A DNA stretch of 64,000 bases from a virus (IMGVR_UViG_3300045988_158927:25629-89628); one strand, 5' to 3'. Positions 8,536-16,575 are shown, counted from the stretch's first letter. The notes: generated by a model not told the origin, from the sequence alone. A program made the numbers and translations.

Positions 8536-8905
8536 AGTCTTCGCAAAAGGCCGGATGCGTCACGTAACCGGTCAGATGAACAAGACCGAGGCGGCCTATC
8601 ACGCCCATCTACAGGCCCAAGGGCATGCGTGGATCGAGTTTGAGGCAATCACCCTCAAGCTTGCCGACGGATGCCGCTACACCCCGGATTTTGCGGTGAT
8701 GCAGCAGGATGGCGTGATAGAACTGCATGAGGTCAAAGGGTCCAAAGCGATCTTTCAGGATGACGCCAAGGTCAAGATCAAGTTAGCAGCCAAACTTTTT
8801 CCCTTCGTCTTCAAACTCGCTTTTCCCATTCCCATTAAACACGGTGGCGGCTGGACCGTCGAAGAGGTGAACGATTCCCATGGAACTGAAACAAGCAACC
8901 CCTAA
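8528..8905 (+). CDS. PD-(D/E)xK nuclease, DUF1064-like
   Basis: NKTEAAY ... CRYTPDFAV ... IELHEVKG matches the S/T-x-E, YTPDF and E-x-K pattern of DUF1064-type phage nucleases. Confidence 0.6.
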   Translation: MRKVFAKGRMRHVTGQMNKTEAAYHAHLQAQGHAWIEFEAITLKLADGCRYTPDFAVMQQDGVIELHEVKGSKAIFQDDAKVKIKLAAKLFPFVFKLAFPIPIKHGGGWTVEEVNDSHGTETSNP

Positions 8906-9662
8906 AGCGCGCATCGTCGCGTGGACTCACTACGATCAATCCGGCGTTGATGAAGCCCTTGCCGATTGCGGCATCTATGAATGGGCGCCGTCCGGGCCTG
9001 ATGACGCTTGCAACCTGATCGAGCTGGCCGGCAAAAGCTGCTATATGTCGTTCGATCTCGCGGCCAACAAGAACCTGACGATGGTTAACGGCCGAAGCAA
9101 TCACGATTACATTCAGCAGGGAATCATTGCGAACGGTCACACTAGCTGCCTTGAGCATGCAACCGTGTCCGTGATGTTCACGAACGTTTCCCGCATCGTT
9201 ACGCATGAGCTTGTGCGTCATCGGGCCGGTACCGCGTTTTCCCAGACTTCCGGGCGGTATGTCCGAAACGAGATTGACACGTTCTATGTCCCGGACGCCA
9301 TCGAGGCCAACCCGAAAGCCAAAGCCGCCTATCTGAAGGCCGTTGAGGGAATGAATGAAGCCCTCCGGGCCATGGAAGAGGCCACCGGCGTCGATTCCCT
9401 GCCGTTCGCTGAGAAGAAAGCCCTTACGTCAGCGTTCCGTCGCGTCGTCGGCAATGGCCAGCCTAACAACCTGCTGATGACGGCCAACCATCGGACGTGG
9501 CGTCACGTCATCGAGCTGCGAACGAGTGTCCATGCAGAAGAAGAGGTCCGGAAGGTTGTCCGTGACCTTGCCATCCAACTGAAGCACCGATTCCCGACGA
9601 TCTACGATGACATGAGCATCAACGATGCCGGGGAGTGTGTGTTTAAGCATTCCAAAGTGTAA
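8880..9662 (+). CDS. thyX: flavin-dependent thymidylate synthase ThyX
   Basis: HELVRHRAGTAFSQTSGRY matches the ThyX signature RHR-x8-S-x-R-Y. The length (260 aa) is typical. Confidence 0.9.
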   Translation: MELKQATPKARIVAWTHYDQSGVDEALADCGIYEWAPSGPDDACNLIELAGKSCYMSFDLAANKNLTMVNGRSNHDYIQQGIIANGHTSCLEHATVSVMFTNVSRIVTHELVRHRAGTAFSQTSGRYVRNEIDTFYVPDAIEANPKAKAAYLKAVEGMNEALRAMEEATGVDSLPFAEKKALTSAFRRVVGNGQPNNLLMTANHRTWRHVIELRTSVHAEEEVRKVVRDLAIQLKHRFPTIYDDMSINDAGECVFKHSKV

Positions 9663-9682
9663 AGTGATGTAACTTTGCAACA

Positions 9683-9708
9683 AGGCGGCTTGACGGCCGC
9701 CTTTTTTG
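9683..9708 (+). terminator. rho-independent terminator
   Basis: AGGCGGC (9683-9689) pairs with GCCGCCT (9696-9702), followed by T6, directly after the thyX stop. Confidence 0.7.
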
Positions 9709-9750
9709 CGTTCATACTTTCCGCACACTTTCCCACACAAGGACAACGAA

Positions 9751-10452
9751 ATGTCTGCACACTTCACATTCCTGAATCGTGACAAAGCCGCCGAGCTGCT
9801 GACCTTCGGCATGTTTGCTGAGGCCGCCGATATGCTGCTGCCGGGGGCGTCCGGCATGATCACTCTGTCCAAAGATATCGATGAGCTGGAGCGGAGAATT
9901 GAATTCGCGCTGCTGCACGATAACCTGACGTATGACGAAGAGTATGTTATTTCTAAATTCATGACGTGCCCGACGGTCTACAAGCCCGAGAACTGGACCG
10001 ATAAATTCATTGTCGTGGTTTCGTATTGCGACCTTGACAAGGCCGACCGAGATCACGTTCCCCTGAAAGTGAATGATGACGTGCAGCCTCGCGGCATGTT
10101 CGCCTATTCAAACGCTGGTGATGCCAACCGGCTGGCGCTGATGTATTCCAGTTCTGCCATGATGTGCTGTTCTGATGATATTCTCTTGGATAACGTCGAA
10201 TTCATCGCCCCGGAGAACTGGCAGGATGTTCTCACGTCTACGAAGGCATTCCAAATCGTGACCGGCGTTCTGTTGCCGGATCAGCGCGCCGAGCTTGACG
10301 AGACTTTCGCTACGTTGAGTCTGCATGCGTTTTTCAATTCTCCGGAAACCTATCGTCTTATCGTGGCATCCCCATATTACCGGGACGCCAAGGAATGCTA
10401 TCTGCACTCCCTGAGCAACCGTGTCTCTAAAATCAAGGCAAATCGCAAATGA
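9751..10452 (+). CDS. hypothetical protein
   Basis: Track ORF 9706-10452 trimmed to ATG 9751 (MSAHFTF), which lies after the terminator. Confidence 0.6.
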   Translation: MSAHFTFLNRDKAAELLTFGMFAEAADMLLPGASGMITLSKDIDELERRIEFALLHDNLTYDEEYVISKFMTCPTVYKPENWTDKFIVVVSYCDLDKADRDHVPLKVNDDVQPRGMFAYSNAGDANRLALMYSSSAMMCCSDDILLDNVEFIAPENWQDVLTSTKAFQIVTGVLLPDQRAELDETFATLSLHAFFNSPETYRLIVASPYYRDAKECYLHSLSNRVSKIKANRK

Positions 10453-10673
10453 AAACTACACTCAAAGGGCAGGTTGTCGAGTATGGCGGCCAAAAATACA
10501 CGTTCCACACGATCAACGATGCCCATCGTCATTTCATGTCGTGGTGTGAACGGACGGCCGGTTCTCCGGTGAAGCGTCCCTATGTCCTCGGGGATTCCTT
10601 CACCGTCATCACGTATGCAAAGCATATGATCCGTTTCTCTGATCCGGTCACGGCCGAGCTGGTGGAAGAGTGA
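10449..10673 (+). CDS. hypothetical protein
   Basis: Track ORF with an ATGA overlap. Confidence 0.5.
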   Translation: MKTTLKGQVVEYGGQKYTFHTINDAHRHFMSWCERTAGSPVKRPYVLGDSFTVITYAKHMIRFSDPVTAELVEE

Positions 10674-10999
10674 TGAACCTGAATCGTTACGGGTATGTGT
10701 GGCGATTCGAGAACGAAAGCGGCGTTGTGCTGGAGCTGCCGCTTTCGGAATGCGATGAAGTGCGCCGGAACCTTCGGAAATTCGGCGCGCAATGCACGGC
10801 TTTCTATCTCTGGAAGAGAATGGGTGAGCCTGTGCCGCGTGAAATTCCGGACTGCGAGAACTGTAAATCATATTGGATTCAGGGGCTTACGTTCAAGCCG
10901 AATACGTGCGCCACTGACGATATTTTGTGTGATATCGTTAACGCAATTGATTCGGCTTCCTTTGGCACGGAGTTTGCAAAGCATGATCAGCGAATTTGA
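10673..10999 (+). CDS. hypothetical Cys-rich protein
   Basis: Track ORF 10670-10999; ATG 10673 overlaps the upstream TGA. Confidence 0.5.
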   Translation: MNLNRYGYVWRFENESGVVLELPLSECDEVRRNLRKFGAQCTAFYLWKRMGEPVPREIPDCENCKSYWIQGLTFKPNTCATDDILCDIVNAIDSASFGTEFAKHDQRI

Positions 11000-11159
11000 C
11001 ATTATGTACATTGCCGCAAAGCAAGGTAATTACCCGTTAGTGGACATCGAAGCAGCGCGCTATGCCGAGCGAAGGAAGCGATGCGAGCTGAAAAAATGCC
11101 TTATCGGGATGACACTTTGGCTTGTCGCTCTCTTCGCTCTGTGTTTGGCATGTAATTAA
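10983..11159 (+). CDS. small tail-anchored membrane protein (58 aa)
   Basis: This is the C-terminal part of track ORF 10695-11159, starting from ATG 10983. It has a C-terminal hydrophobic helix (LIGMTLWLVALFALCLACN). The upstream part of the track ORF is Arg-rich alternative-frame noise. Confidence 0.4.
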   Translation: MISEFDIMYIAAKQGNYPLVDIEAARYAERRKRCELKKCLIGMTLWLVALFALCLACN

Positions 11160-11218
11160 ATTCATTCCACTGTTACACTTTTATATTGCGTCATGGTGGC
11201 GCATGTTGAGGTGTGGCG

Positions 11219-11629
11219 ATGGAAAATGAAGTGATGGCGGCTGCAAGTTCGATTATGGAAGAGGTGAGCGCGTTGCCATCAGGCATGAAACTCACCGGCG
11301 TGAGCGCGCTTGTGGTAGTGGCGTTCTATATCGGCAAGATGTTTCGTGCAAGCGCGAACGCTTTTACCGAAAACGCCGAGGCTTACCGTGAAACGATTCA
11401 CAATCTGCGCGAGGATAACCGCCTGATTCGTGAATCCAATCGTGGCGAGCGTGAGGAATCCAAGGCTGAACTGGCAGGCATGAAAGACATGATTACGAAA
11501 CTCTCGGATCAGATTTCCAGTCTGCAAGATGAAAACCGGGAACTTCGGCGCCAAGTCAAGGACTTGGCTAAAGAAAATGCCGGTTTGCATGATCAGATTC
11601 GGATTCTGAGCGACAAACTCGGGGCTTGA
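11219..11629 (+). CDS. membrane-anchored coiled-coil protein
   Basis: ATG 11219 lies 7 nt after GAGG. One TM helix (LTGVSALVVVAFYIGKMF) is followed by a heptad-like Glu/Arg/Leu-rich region. Confidence 0.55.
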   Translation: MENEVMAAASSIMEEVSALPSGMKLTGVSALVVVAFYIGKMFRASANAFTENAEAYRETIHNLREDNRLIRESNRGEREESKAELAGMKDMITKLSDQISSLQDENRELRRQVKDLAKENAGLHDQIRILSDKLGA

Positions 11630-11631
11630 TC

Positions 11632-12036
11632 ATGTGGCAGCTACTGATGAATCGTTACCTGTCCGGCTTTGCGCTTGTCGTTGCGGCAGTCTCTTCGGCG
11701 TATCTTTTCGGGGTCTATCGTGGCGCCGAAAGTGCGCGCTTGGATTGCGAGCGGCGAGAACAAAAACGGCTGATCGATGAATCGGCGGCTGCCCATGACC
11801 GGGCCATGGAAGAAGCAGCGCGTGTCATGGCGCTGCAAGCCAAAATCACGGAACAAGAACGTAACTATGTCACTGAATCGGCGCGTATTCGGAAAGAGGC
11901 GGCAGCGGCACGCGAAACTCTACGTCAGTACGTGGAAACTCGTGGCTTTGATGGCCGCTGTTCTCTTGATGCTGATGGGCTGCGCATCTGGAATGGTCAA
12001 GGAAGCCCCGAAACCGCCAAAGCCCCAAATCAGTGA
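11632..12036 (+). CDS. i-spanin (Rz-like)
   Basis: An N-terminal TM helix (YLSGFALVVAAVSSAYLFGVY), then a charged coiled-coil region, then a C-terminal Cys-containing part. It overlaps a lipoprotein ORF in another frame. Confidence 0.6.
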   Translation: MWQLLMNRYLSGFALVVAAVSSAYLFGVYRGAESARLDCERREQKRLIDESAAAHDRAMEEAARVMALQAKITEQERNYVTESARIRKEAAAARETLRQYVETRGFDGRCSLDADGLRIWNGQGSPETAKAPNQ

Positions 12037-12190
12037 AGCCCTTTTGCAGGATTGCCCGGAGCCGATTGCCCTTGAGCGCGGCGACATGGATGCAATGATT
12101 GGGAACCATATCGACAATATGGCAGCGTTTTCAGAGTGCCGTAGATTGCACCGATCATTGACCGATGCCGTGCGTCTGATGTTAGAATAG
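11951..12190 (+). CDS. o-spanin (Rz1-like lipoprotein), overlapped architecture
   Basis: Lies in the +1 frame relative to the i-spanin. MAAVLLMLMGCASG has an L-M-G-C lipobox, and the mature part is Pro-rich (KEAPKPPKPQ). Only the 3' part of track ORF 11777-12190 is credible. Confidence 0.55.
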   Translation: MAAVLLMLMGCASGMVKEAPKPPKPQISEALLQDCPEPIALERGDMDAMIGNHIDNMAAFSECRRLHRSLTDAVRLMLE

Positions 12191-12236
12191 TTCCGCTATC
12201 TCATGATAGTTTCCTTTCTGTCTCTCCTGAGACTTA

Positions 12237-12266
12237 GGAGGGGTAACTCAACCCCTCCCTTTTTTC
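12237..12266 (+). terminator. rho-independent terminator
   Basis: GGAGGGG (12237-12243) pairs with CCCCTCC (12252-12258), followed by CTTTTTTCC. Confidence 0.7.
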
Positions 12267-12278
12267 CAACCAAACCAA

Positions 12279-12572
12279 ATGATCATCGCCTACAGAACGT
12301 TCAGAATCGCAAACTTGGACGTATTCCCTTCGCAAAGCGCGGCCATCGTCTCGTATGCAAAGCGCGTCACCCCGCATCTTGCCGGGGCGCGTATCTGGCA
12401 CCGACAGACGACGAAATTCGGGACGGCCTCGCTCTACCAGAAAGCGGACGGGGAATGGCTTTGCATCATCTTCGATCATGCTGCCGATGAAGAAATGGCT
12501 TCCGTTCACCGGCAATATGTAAACGCGGCTAAAATGCACCGGAACAACCTGATGAGCATATGCGCCCGTTGA
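12279..12572 (+). CDS. hypothetical protein
   Basis: Preferred over the overlapping Arg-rich track ORF 12203-12490, which starts inside the terminator. Confidence 0.45.
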   Translation: MIIAYRTFRIANLDVFPSQSAAIVSYAKRVTPHLAGARIWHRQTTKFGTASLYQKADGEWLCIIFDHAADEEMASVHRQYVNAAKMHRNNLMSICAR

Positions 12573-12607
12573 TTTCTTTCATCCGTAAAACTCTCTTTGG
12601 AGATCAA

Positions 12608-13441
12608 ATGAAACCCACCGTCATCGTTCAAAACCCCACGTTCGGGCTTGTGGCGCACGGCTACAAGACTGCTGGCTATGATGTTCTCGGCTACCTGCCG
12701 GGCAAGCATACGCACGTCACGGCCGTGAAGGCTAACTGCAACCTGAAGGACGTTTCCGGCGAGAAGGCGCGTCCCAACCTTGTGCATATCACGATTGATT
12801 GGAGCAGCCCGACCGTTGAGGAACTGGCCGCCGAGATTGACCGTGCGCTGTCGTTCAAGCCGAAACTGATCGTCATTGACGCCCGTTACGATCTCGTTCT
12901 GCCGTACCTGAAAGGGATGTTTGTTGCCAAAGCGGCGCTTAACGAGCGCGATAAGGTCGGCGTGAACGCTTCCCGTCATCGCGTGCTGACCTTCATTGGC
13001 AAGCGCCTGAATGACGTGCAGCAAGCCACCAAGAACGTGCAGCAGCGCACACGCGCCAGCCTTGAAACGGTCAAGGACGTGATGCAGCCGGGGTACCGCT
13101 GGAAGAACATTGCGTCCATGAAGAGCGCACGCAACCGCAAGCACGTTGCTGAGGCTGCAAACCGCCTCGGAGCTGGCGTCGTGTCCATGAATGGGCGCCT
13201 CACCAAAGCGCGTGGGGCTAATGCAGTCTATCCGGAACTGTCGCCTAACCGTTCTCACCTGTTCTTTGACGGCATCAAGTACCGTATCGTTGAGATCGAG
13301 GACTACCGGAACGCGCTGGACGTGCCCGAATGGTTCGCCCTCGGATCATTCAAGAAGGATTCGATGCGCGGCCTTGCGCGTGGCACCGATCATAAGCTTG
13401 CAAAGCATATCGGCTTCAAGATCAAGGGCCTTGTTAAGTGA
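12608..13441 (+). CDS. C5-cytosine-methyltransferase-like protein with degenerate catalytic motifs
   Basis: Colinear with Dcm motifs. Motif I-like: VIVQNPTFGLVAHGYKTAGYDV. Motif IV position reads HITIDWSSPT, with no Pro-Cys. Motif VI position reads KPKLIVIDAR, with no ENV. Motif VIII-like: VGVNASRHRVLTFIGKR. C-terminal part: YRIVEIEDYRNALDVPEWF ... LARGTDHKLAKHIG, where ARGT replaces GNAV. Start at ATG 12608 with RBS GGAGA. Confidence 0.5.
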   Translation: MKPTVIVQNPTFGLVAHGYKTAGYDVLGYLPGKHTHVTAVKANCNLKDVSGEKARPNLVHITIDWSSPTVEELAAEIDRALSFKPKLIVIDARYDLVLPYLKGMFVAKAALNERDKVGVNASRHRVLTFIGKRLNDVQQATKNVQQRTRASLETVKDVMQPGYRWKNIASMKSARNRKHVAEAANRLGAGVVSMNGRLTKARGANAVYPELSPNRSHLFFDGIKYRIVEIEDYRNALDVPEWFALGSFKKDSMRGLARGTDHKLAKHIGFKIKGLVK

Positions 13442-13662
13442 GGTTCCGCTACATTTCCCCGGGATTGATTCGCGTCACTCTCGGGGAACATTCGGCCAAT
13501 CTCGTCCACGATGAGGAAATAGCCAAGCTGTCCGGCAGGGAAGAGAGCGTAAAGGCCGTGCGCGCCCATTTGGTTGTCACGTGCCCGAACATTGTCGATT
13601 CCCTGCTAATCATTCTCGATGCAATGAGCGAGGATAACCCTGTCATGGAGTTTTCAGCGTGA
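13438..13662 (+). CDS. hypothetical protein
   Basis: Track ORF with a GTG start overlapping the upstream TGA. Confidence 0.4.
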   Translation: MRFRYISPGLIRVTLGEHSANLVHDEEIAKLSGREESVKAVRAHLVVTCPNIVDSLLIILDAMSEDNPVMEFSA

Positions 13663-14093
13663 TTAACGCTAATCTGCAATCGTTCAAGGATTTGGTCCAG
13701 AAATGCGCATCTAAGGAAGATTCGCAAGCCTGCGACATGTTCCGTTCTGCCGTCGGCGTGGATTGCGCCGACGATGAGATCGGCCCGGCGCTCAAGGCCG
13801 ACGATATCGGCTTTGTCGTGGACGCGGTGGCCGAGCATCAGCCCATCGTGGAAGGTGAGAACATCCATACGCCGAAAGGGACCGTCCGTGTGGATGAGTT
13901 TTTGGCTATCCTTGACGCTCTGATGCTGAGTGAGGCCGATGCCGAGGAAAAGGCCGTCATTGAGACCGGCCTGACGTTCTCGCCGGAGGACTGGGAGGCT
14001 ATGCGCGTGGCCGTCTGGCGGCATCTTGGCCCGGTTGCAACCGCTGCCGCTGAAGCATTGTGGCGCGCTGACGAAGCGTGGAGTGAAGAGTGA
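13659..14093 (+). CDS. hypothetical acidic protein
   Basis: Track ORF with a GTGA overlap. Confidence 0.55.
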   Translation: MINANLQSFKDLVQKCASKEDSQACDMFRSAVGVDCADDEIGPALKADDIGFVVDAVAEHQPIVEGENIHTPKGTVRVDEFLAILDALMLSEADAEEKAVIETGLTFSPEDWEAMRVAVWRHLGPVATAAAEALWRADEAWSEE

Positions 14094-14105
14094 CGTAAAA
14101 AACAC

Positions 14106-14133
14106 AAGGGGGTTGCAAGCCCCCTTCTTTTTT
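14106..14133 (+). terminator. rho-independent terminator
   Basis: AAGGGGG (14106-14112) pairs with CCCCCTT (14120-14126), followed by CTTTTTTGG. Confidence 0.7.
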
Positions 14134-14184
14134 GGCATACTGTCTTCCATCGCAACACGGCATCCGCCGACACTTCCCACGATC

Positions 14185-14340
14185 ATGAAACAAGCTACCT
14201 TCTTCCAAGGTTCACAAGAACCCATCGCCAAGAAAAACAAGGATTTGCGCGAGTATCTGCGCGTCAATCGTGAGCGCCATAAGCGCAAGCTTGAGCGCGC
14301 TTTCATGAAAGCCACGCTTGCCGAATATGCGTCGGCGTAA
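14185..14340 (+). CDS. small basic protein (51 aa)
   Basis: The 3' part of track ORF 14026-14340 from ATG 14185 (MKQATFFQG), which lies after the terminator. Confidence 0.35.
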   Translation: MKQATFFQGSQEPIAKKNKDLREYLRVNRERHKRKLERAFMKATLAEYASA

Positions 14341-14362
14341 GTCTTGGTTCCGCATCTTCCTT

Positions 14363-14396
14363 GTGGCCCGCATCACTCTCTTCCGTAGCGGGCCAC
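14363..14396 (+). other. 9-bp stem hairpin without T-run
   Basis: GTGGCCCGC (14363-14371) pairs with GCGGGCCAC (14388-14396) around a 16-nt loop, in the gap before ATG 14431. Confidence 0.4.
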
Positions 14397-14430
14397 TGAA
14401 AACCTTCCTTTCCCTCGTATGGAGGCTCAA

Positions 14431-14619
14431 ATGAGCAGCGAGAAAGTAACCCACGAAATCAAAGAATACGCGGATATCTGCCGGGGTATTGTGGTCAGCA
14501 TTTATAACCGCAATATCGCTACCGGAGATTACGATGAAAAAAAGGCGCAAAACATGGAGCATGCACTTTCGCAATATTGGCTTTCTCTTGAGATCATGAA
14601 GCTTGAAAAAGAACTATGA
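14431..14619 (+). CDS. hypothetical small protein (possible distant member of array A)
   Basis: ATG 14431 is preceded by GGAGG at 14421-14425. IKEYADICRGI resembles the N-terminal motif of array A. Confidence 0.5.
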   Translation: MSSEKVTHEIKEYADICRGIVVSIYNRNIATGDYDEKKAQNMEHALSQYWLSLEIMKLEKEL

Positions 14620-14975
14620 TGTACGTTGAGTTTTTGACACAAGAAACGGCAAAGAAAATCCGCGAGATGACAGTTTCTTTTGACGCCTACACTCTTCTGC
14701 ATCCGATGAGATATGGCGACTATTGTGCCGTCTATCGTTCCTATTTGCGCGAAGTGCTGGCGCTGATTCGGAAGAACATCAAGGCATACGTTAACGGCGA
14801 AGCTGTCGAAACCTTTTATGCACAAATCATCGTCGATTCTGAAACCGTTTCAAAAATGCAAGACCGTGCCGAATACTTCATCAGGGTGAAGCTATTCAAG
14901 CCTGTCGAGTATCTGGGCGAGATCGCTGCCGCTTTGGCGCATGAACTGGGCGAGAAACAAGAGGAAACCAAATGA
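14616..14975 (+). CDS. hypothetical protein
   Basis: Track ORF with an ATGA overlap. Confidence 0.55.
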   Translation: MMYVEFLTQETAKKIREMTVSFDAYTLLHPMRYGDYCAVYRSYLREVLALIRKNIKAYVNGEAVETFYAQIIVDSETVSKMQDRAEYFIRVKLFKPVEYLGEIAAALAHELGEKQEETK

Positions 14976-15190
14976 GATACGAAAACATCAGCAACCCGCA
15001 ACAAAAGATGCTTGCCGCGCTTGGCGACATTGCTGCACGCAAGAAGCAAATCCGCGATGCAGTGGCCATCATTGACAACCTTGTGCAGCACGAATGGCAT
15101 GTTGAGGGCGCGGAGCTGCTGAAACTCTTCTCGGCCTCGGCCGCCCTTGTGACCATCGTTGAGATTCTGGACGAGGCATTGCCGGAGTGA
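14972..15190 (+). CDS. hypothetical small protein (possible distant member of array A)
   Basis: Track ORF with an ATGA overlap. Confidence 0.5.
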   Translation: MRYENISNPQQKMLAALGDIAARKKQIRDAVAIIDNLVQHEWHVEGAELLKLFSASAALVTIVEILDEALPE

Positions 15191-15194
15191 CGGA

Positions 15195-15434
15195 ATGAAG
15201 ATCGAAGAGTACGAAGCCGTCATGAATGGCATTTTTGTCCATGATACGGATGCAGCAAAAGAGATTGTCCAGTTTGCAAGCAATGTGCTAGAGGCGCTTC
15301 TCGATAATGACGAAGCGGAAGCGTATCGAATCGACGTTACAAGAGCAGCAAATATGCTTTACATGCTGAATTCAGAGATAAAGAACGGTCATCTTGACCT
15401 TGTTAAGGCGGCCGACGGAGTGAAACCGGAGTAA
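15195..15434 (+). CDS. array-A small helical protein (~80 aa paralog family)
   Basis: MKIEEYEAVMNGIFVHDTDAAKEIVQFASNVLEALL ... VTRAANMLYMLNSEIKNGHLDLV. This consensus is shared with 15440, 16114, 16349, 16576, 16831, 17442 and 17684. Confidence 0.55.
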   Translation: MKIEEYEAVMNGIFVHDTDAAKEIVQFASNVLEALLDNDEAEAYRIDVTRAANMLYMLNSEIKNGHLDLVKAADGVKPE

Positions 15435-15439
15435 GCGAC

Positions 15440-15664
15440 ATGAAAGACAACGAATACGATGCTCTTTGCGATGGAATCGTGAGGGGAAGGTGTGACGCCG
15501 CAAACAAAGTGCTTCAGTTTGTGGAGGACTTGCTGACTGTCATTCTCTAAGATGGATCGGCCGGTAAGCACGAAGTCAACGTGGATCAAGCGGCAAACTT
15601 GCTCTTTCTCTTGAATCAAGAAATCAAGATCGAGAGTCTCTGGTTTGAATCGGCAGCAGACTGA
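15440..15664 (+). pseudogene. array-A paralog interrupted by an in-frame TAA (15548-15550)
   Basis: MKDNEYDALCDGIVRGRCDAANKVLQFVEDLLTVIL-TAA-DGSAGKHEVNVDQAANLLFLLNQEIKIESLWF. Both halves align colinearly with 15195-15434 in a single frame. Confidence 0.5.
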
Positions 15665-15695
15665 ATTAAATCGGCGTAAGAGAAGAGAGGAAAGC

Positions 15696-16127
15696 ATGGG
15701 CATCAATTTTGAATCGATCAAGATCGAAACCGATTTTACGAAGGAACTGCAAGAGCTTGAGAAGGTATATGCCGAAAAAGAGACAATTGAGCTTGCCAAA
15801 AAGAAAGCGGCTTGCTTTGACGCTTTGATTGTCTATCTGGACGATTTGCGGCGCATCCGAGAGCAATACACGGCATTCCGCATGTATTACTTCGATGATT
15901 ACCCGGAAGGCGATGATGAGCCGCGAGTGAACAAGGATGAAATCATCTTGGATTCCATGATCAGGATCATGGACGCATCTAAGAGCGCGTTGCATAACCA
16001 AATTCTGGGGCGCGGGTATCGCAAGAATAACCCCAAATTTGAAGAGGAAATGAAGCGCATTCATAAAGCGATTGAAGCTAGATTTGGAGGTGAAAATTTT
16101 CGGCCTCAAAAAGATGAGCGATTTTGA
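15696..16127 (+). CDS. hypothetical protein
   Basis: Track ORF 15645-16127 trimmed to ATG 15696 (MGINFESI) with RBS GAGAGGAAAG. Confidence 0.55.
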   Translation: MGINFESIKIETDFTKELQELEKVYAEKETIELAKKKAACFDALIVYLDDLRRIREQYTAFRMYYFDDYPEGDDEPRVNKDEIILDSMIRIMDASKSALHNQILGRGYRKNNPKFEEEMKRIHKAIEARFGGENFRPQKDERF

Positions 16128-16362
16128 CGCGGTTTTGGCCGGCGTGAAGAACGGAGACCGTGATTCAATGCAGAAGGCCATCGCTCACGTCATTGATATT
16201 TTGGCGGAATTTCTGCCGAAAGATCGGGACTTTCTGATAGAAGGAGAAGGAGCGGTTTTCGAGACGGTTTACCTCATGGCTGAGCTGAAAGAATTGCTCA
16301 AAGGAAACCGGATTCAAATCGTTTCCGAAGGTGGCGCGGGGAAGGATAATGAACCAAAGTGA
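16114..16362 (+). CDS. array-A small helical protein
   Basis: MSDFDAVLAGVKNGDRDSMQKAIAHVIDILAEFL ... VYLMAELKELLKGNRIQIV. Confidence 0.55.
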   Translation: MSDFDAVLAGVKNGDRDSMQKAIAHVIDILAEFLPKDRDFLIEGEGAVFETVYLMAELKELLKGNRIQIVSEGGAGKDNEPK

Positions 16363-16573
16363 ATTTGAGGCGCTCTTCGACGGAATGTTGTCCGGTGACA
16401 CTGAGTGCATCAAAGAGATCATACAGAACGGCGCGAACATGTTGCTCGCACTCACTCAATGCATGTCCCCTGATCTTGTCCGCCAAGAACAACGAGACGT
16501 TGCGAGTCTGATGCTTGAGCTTTCGTCTTTGATCGAGATGGGCGGACTTCAAATCGTCGATGGCGAGAAATAA
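16349..16573 (+). CDS. array-A small helical protein
   Basis: MNQSEFEALFDGMLSGDTECIKEIIQNGANMLLAL ... VASLMLELSSLIEMGGLQIV. Confidence 0.55.
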   Translation: MNQSEFEALFDGMLSGDTECIKEIIQNGANMLLALTQCMSPDLVRQEQRDVASLMLELSSLIEMGGLQIVDGEK

Positions 16574-16575
16574 TC

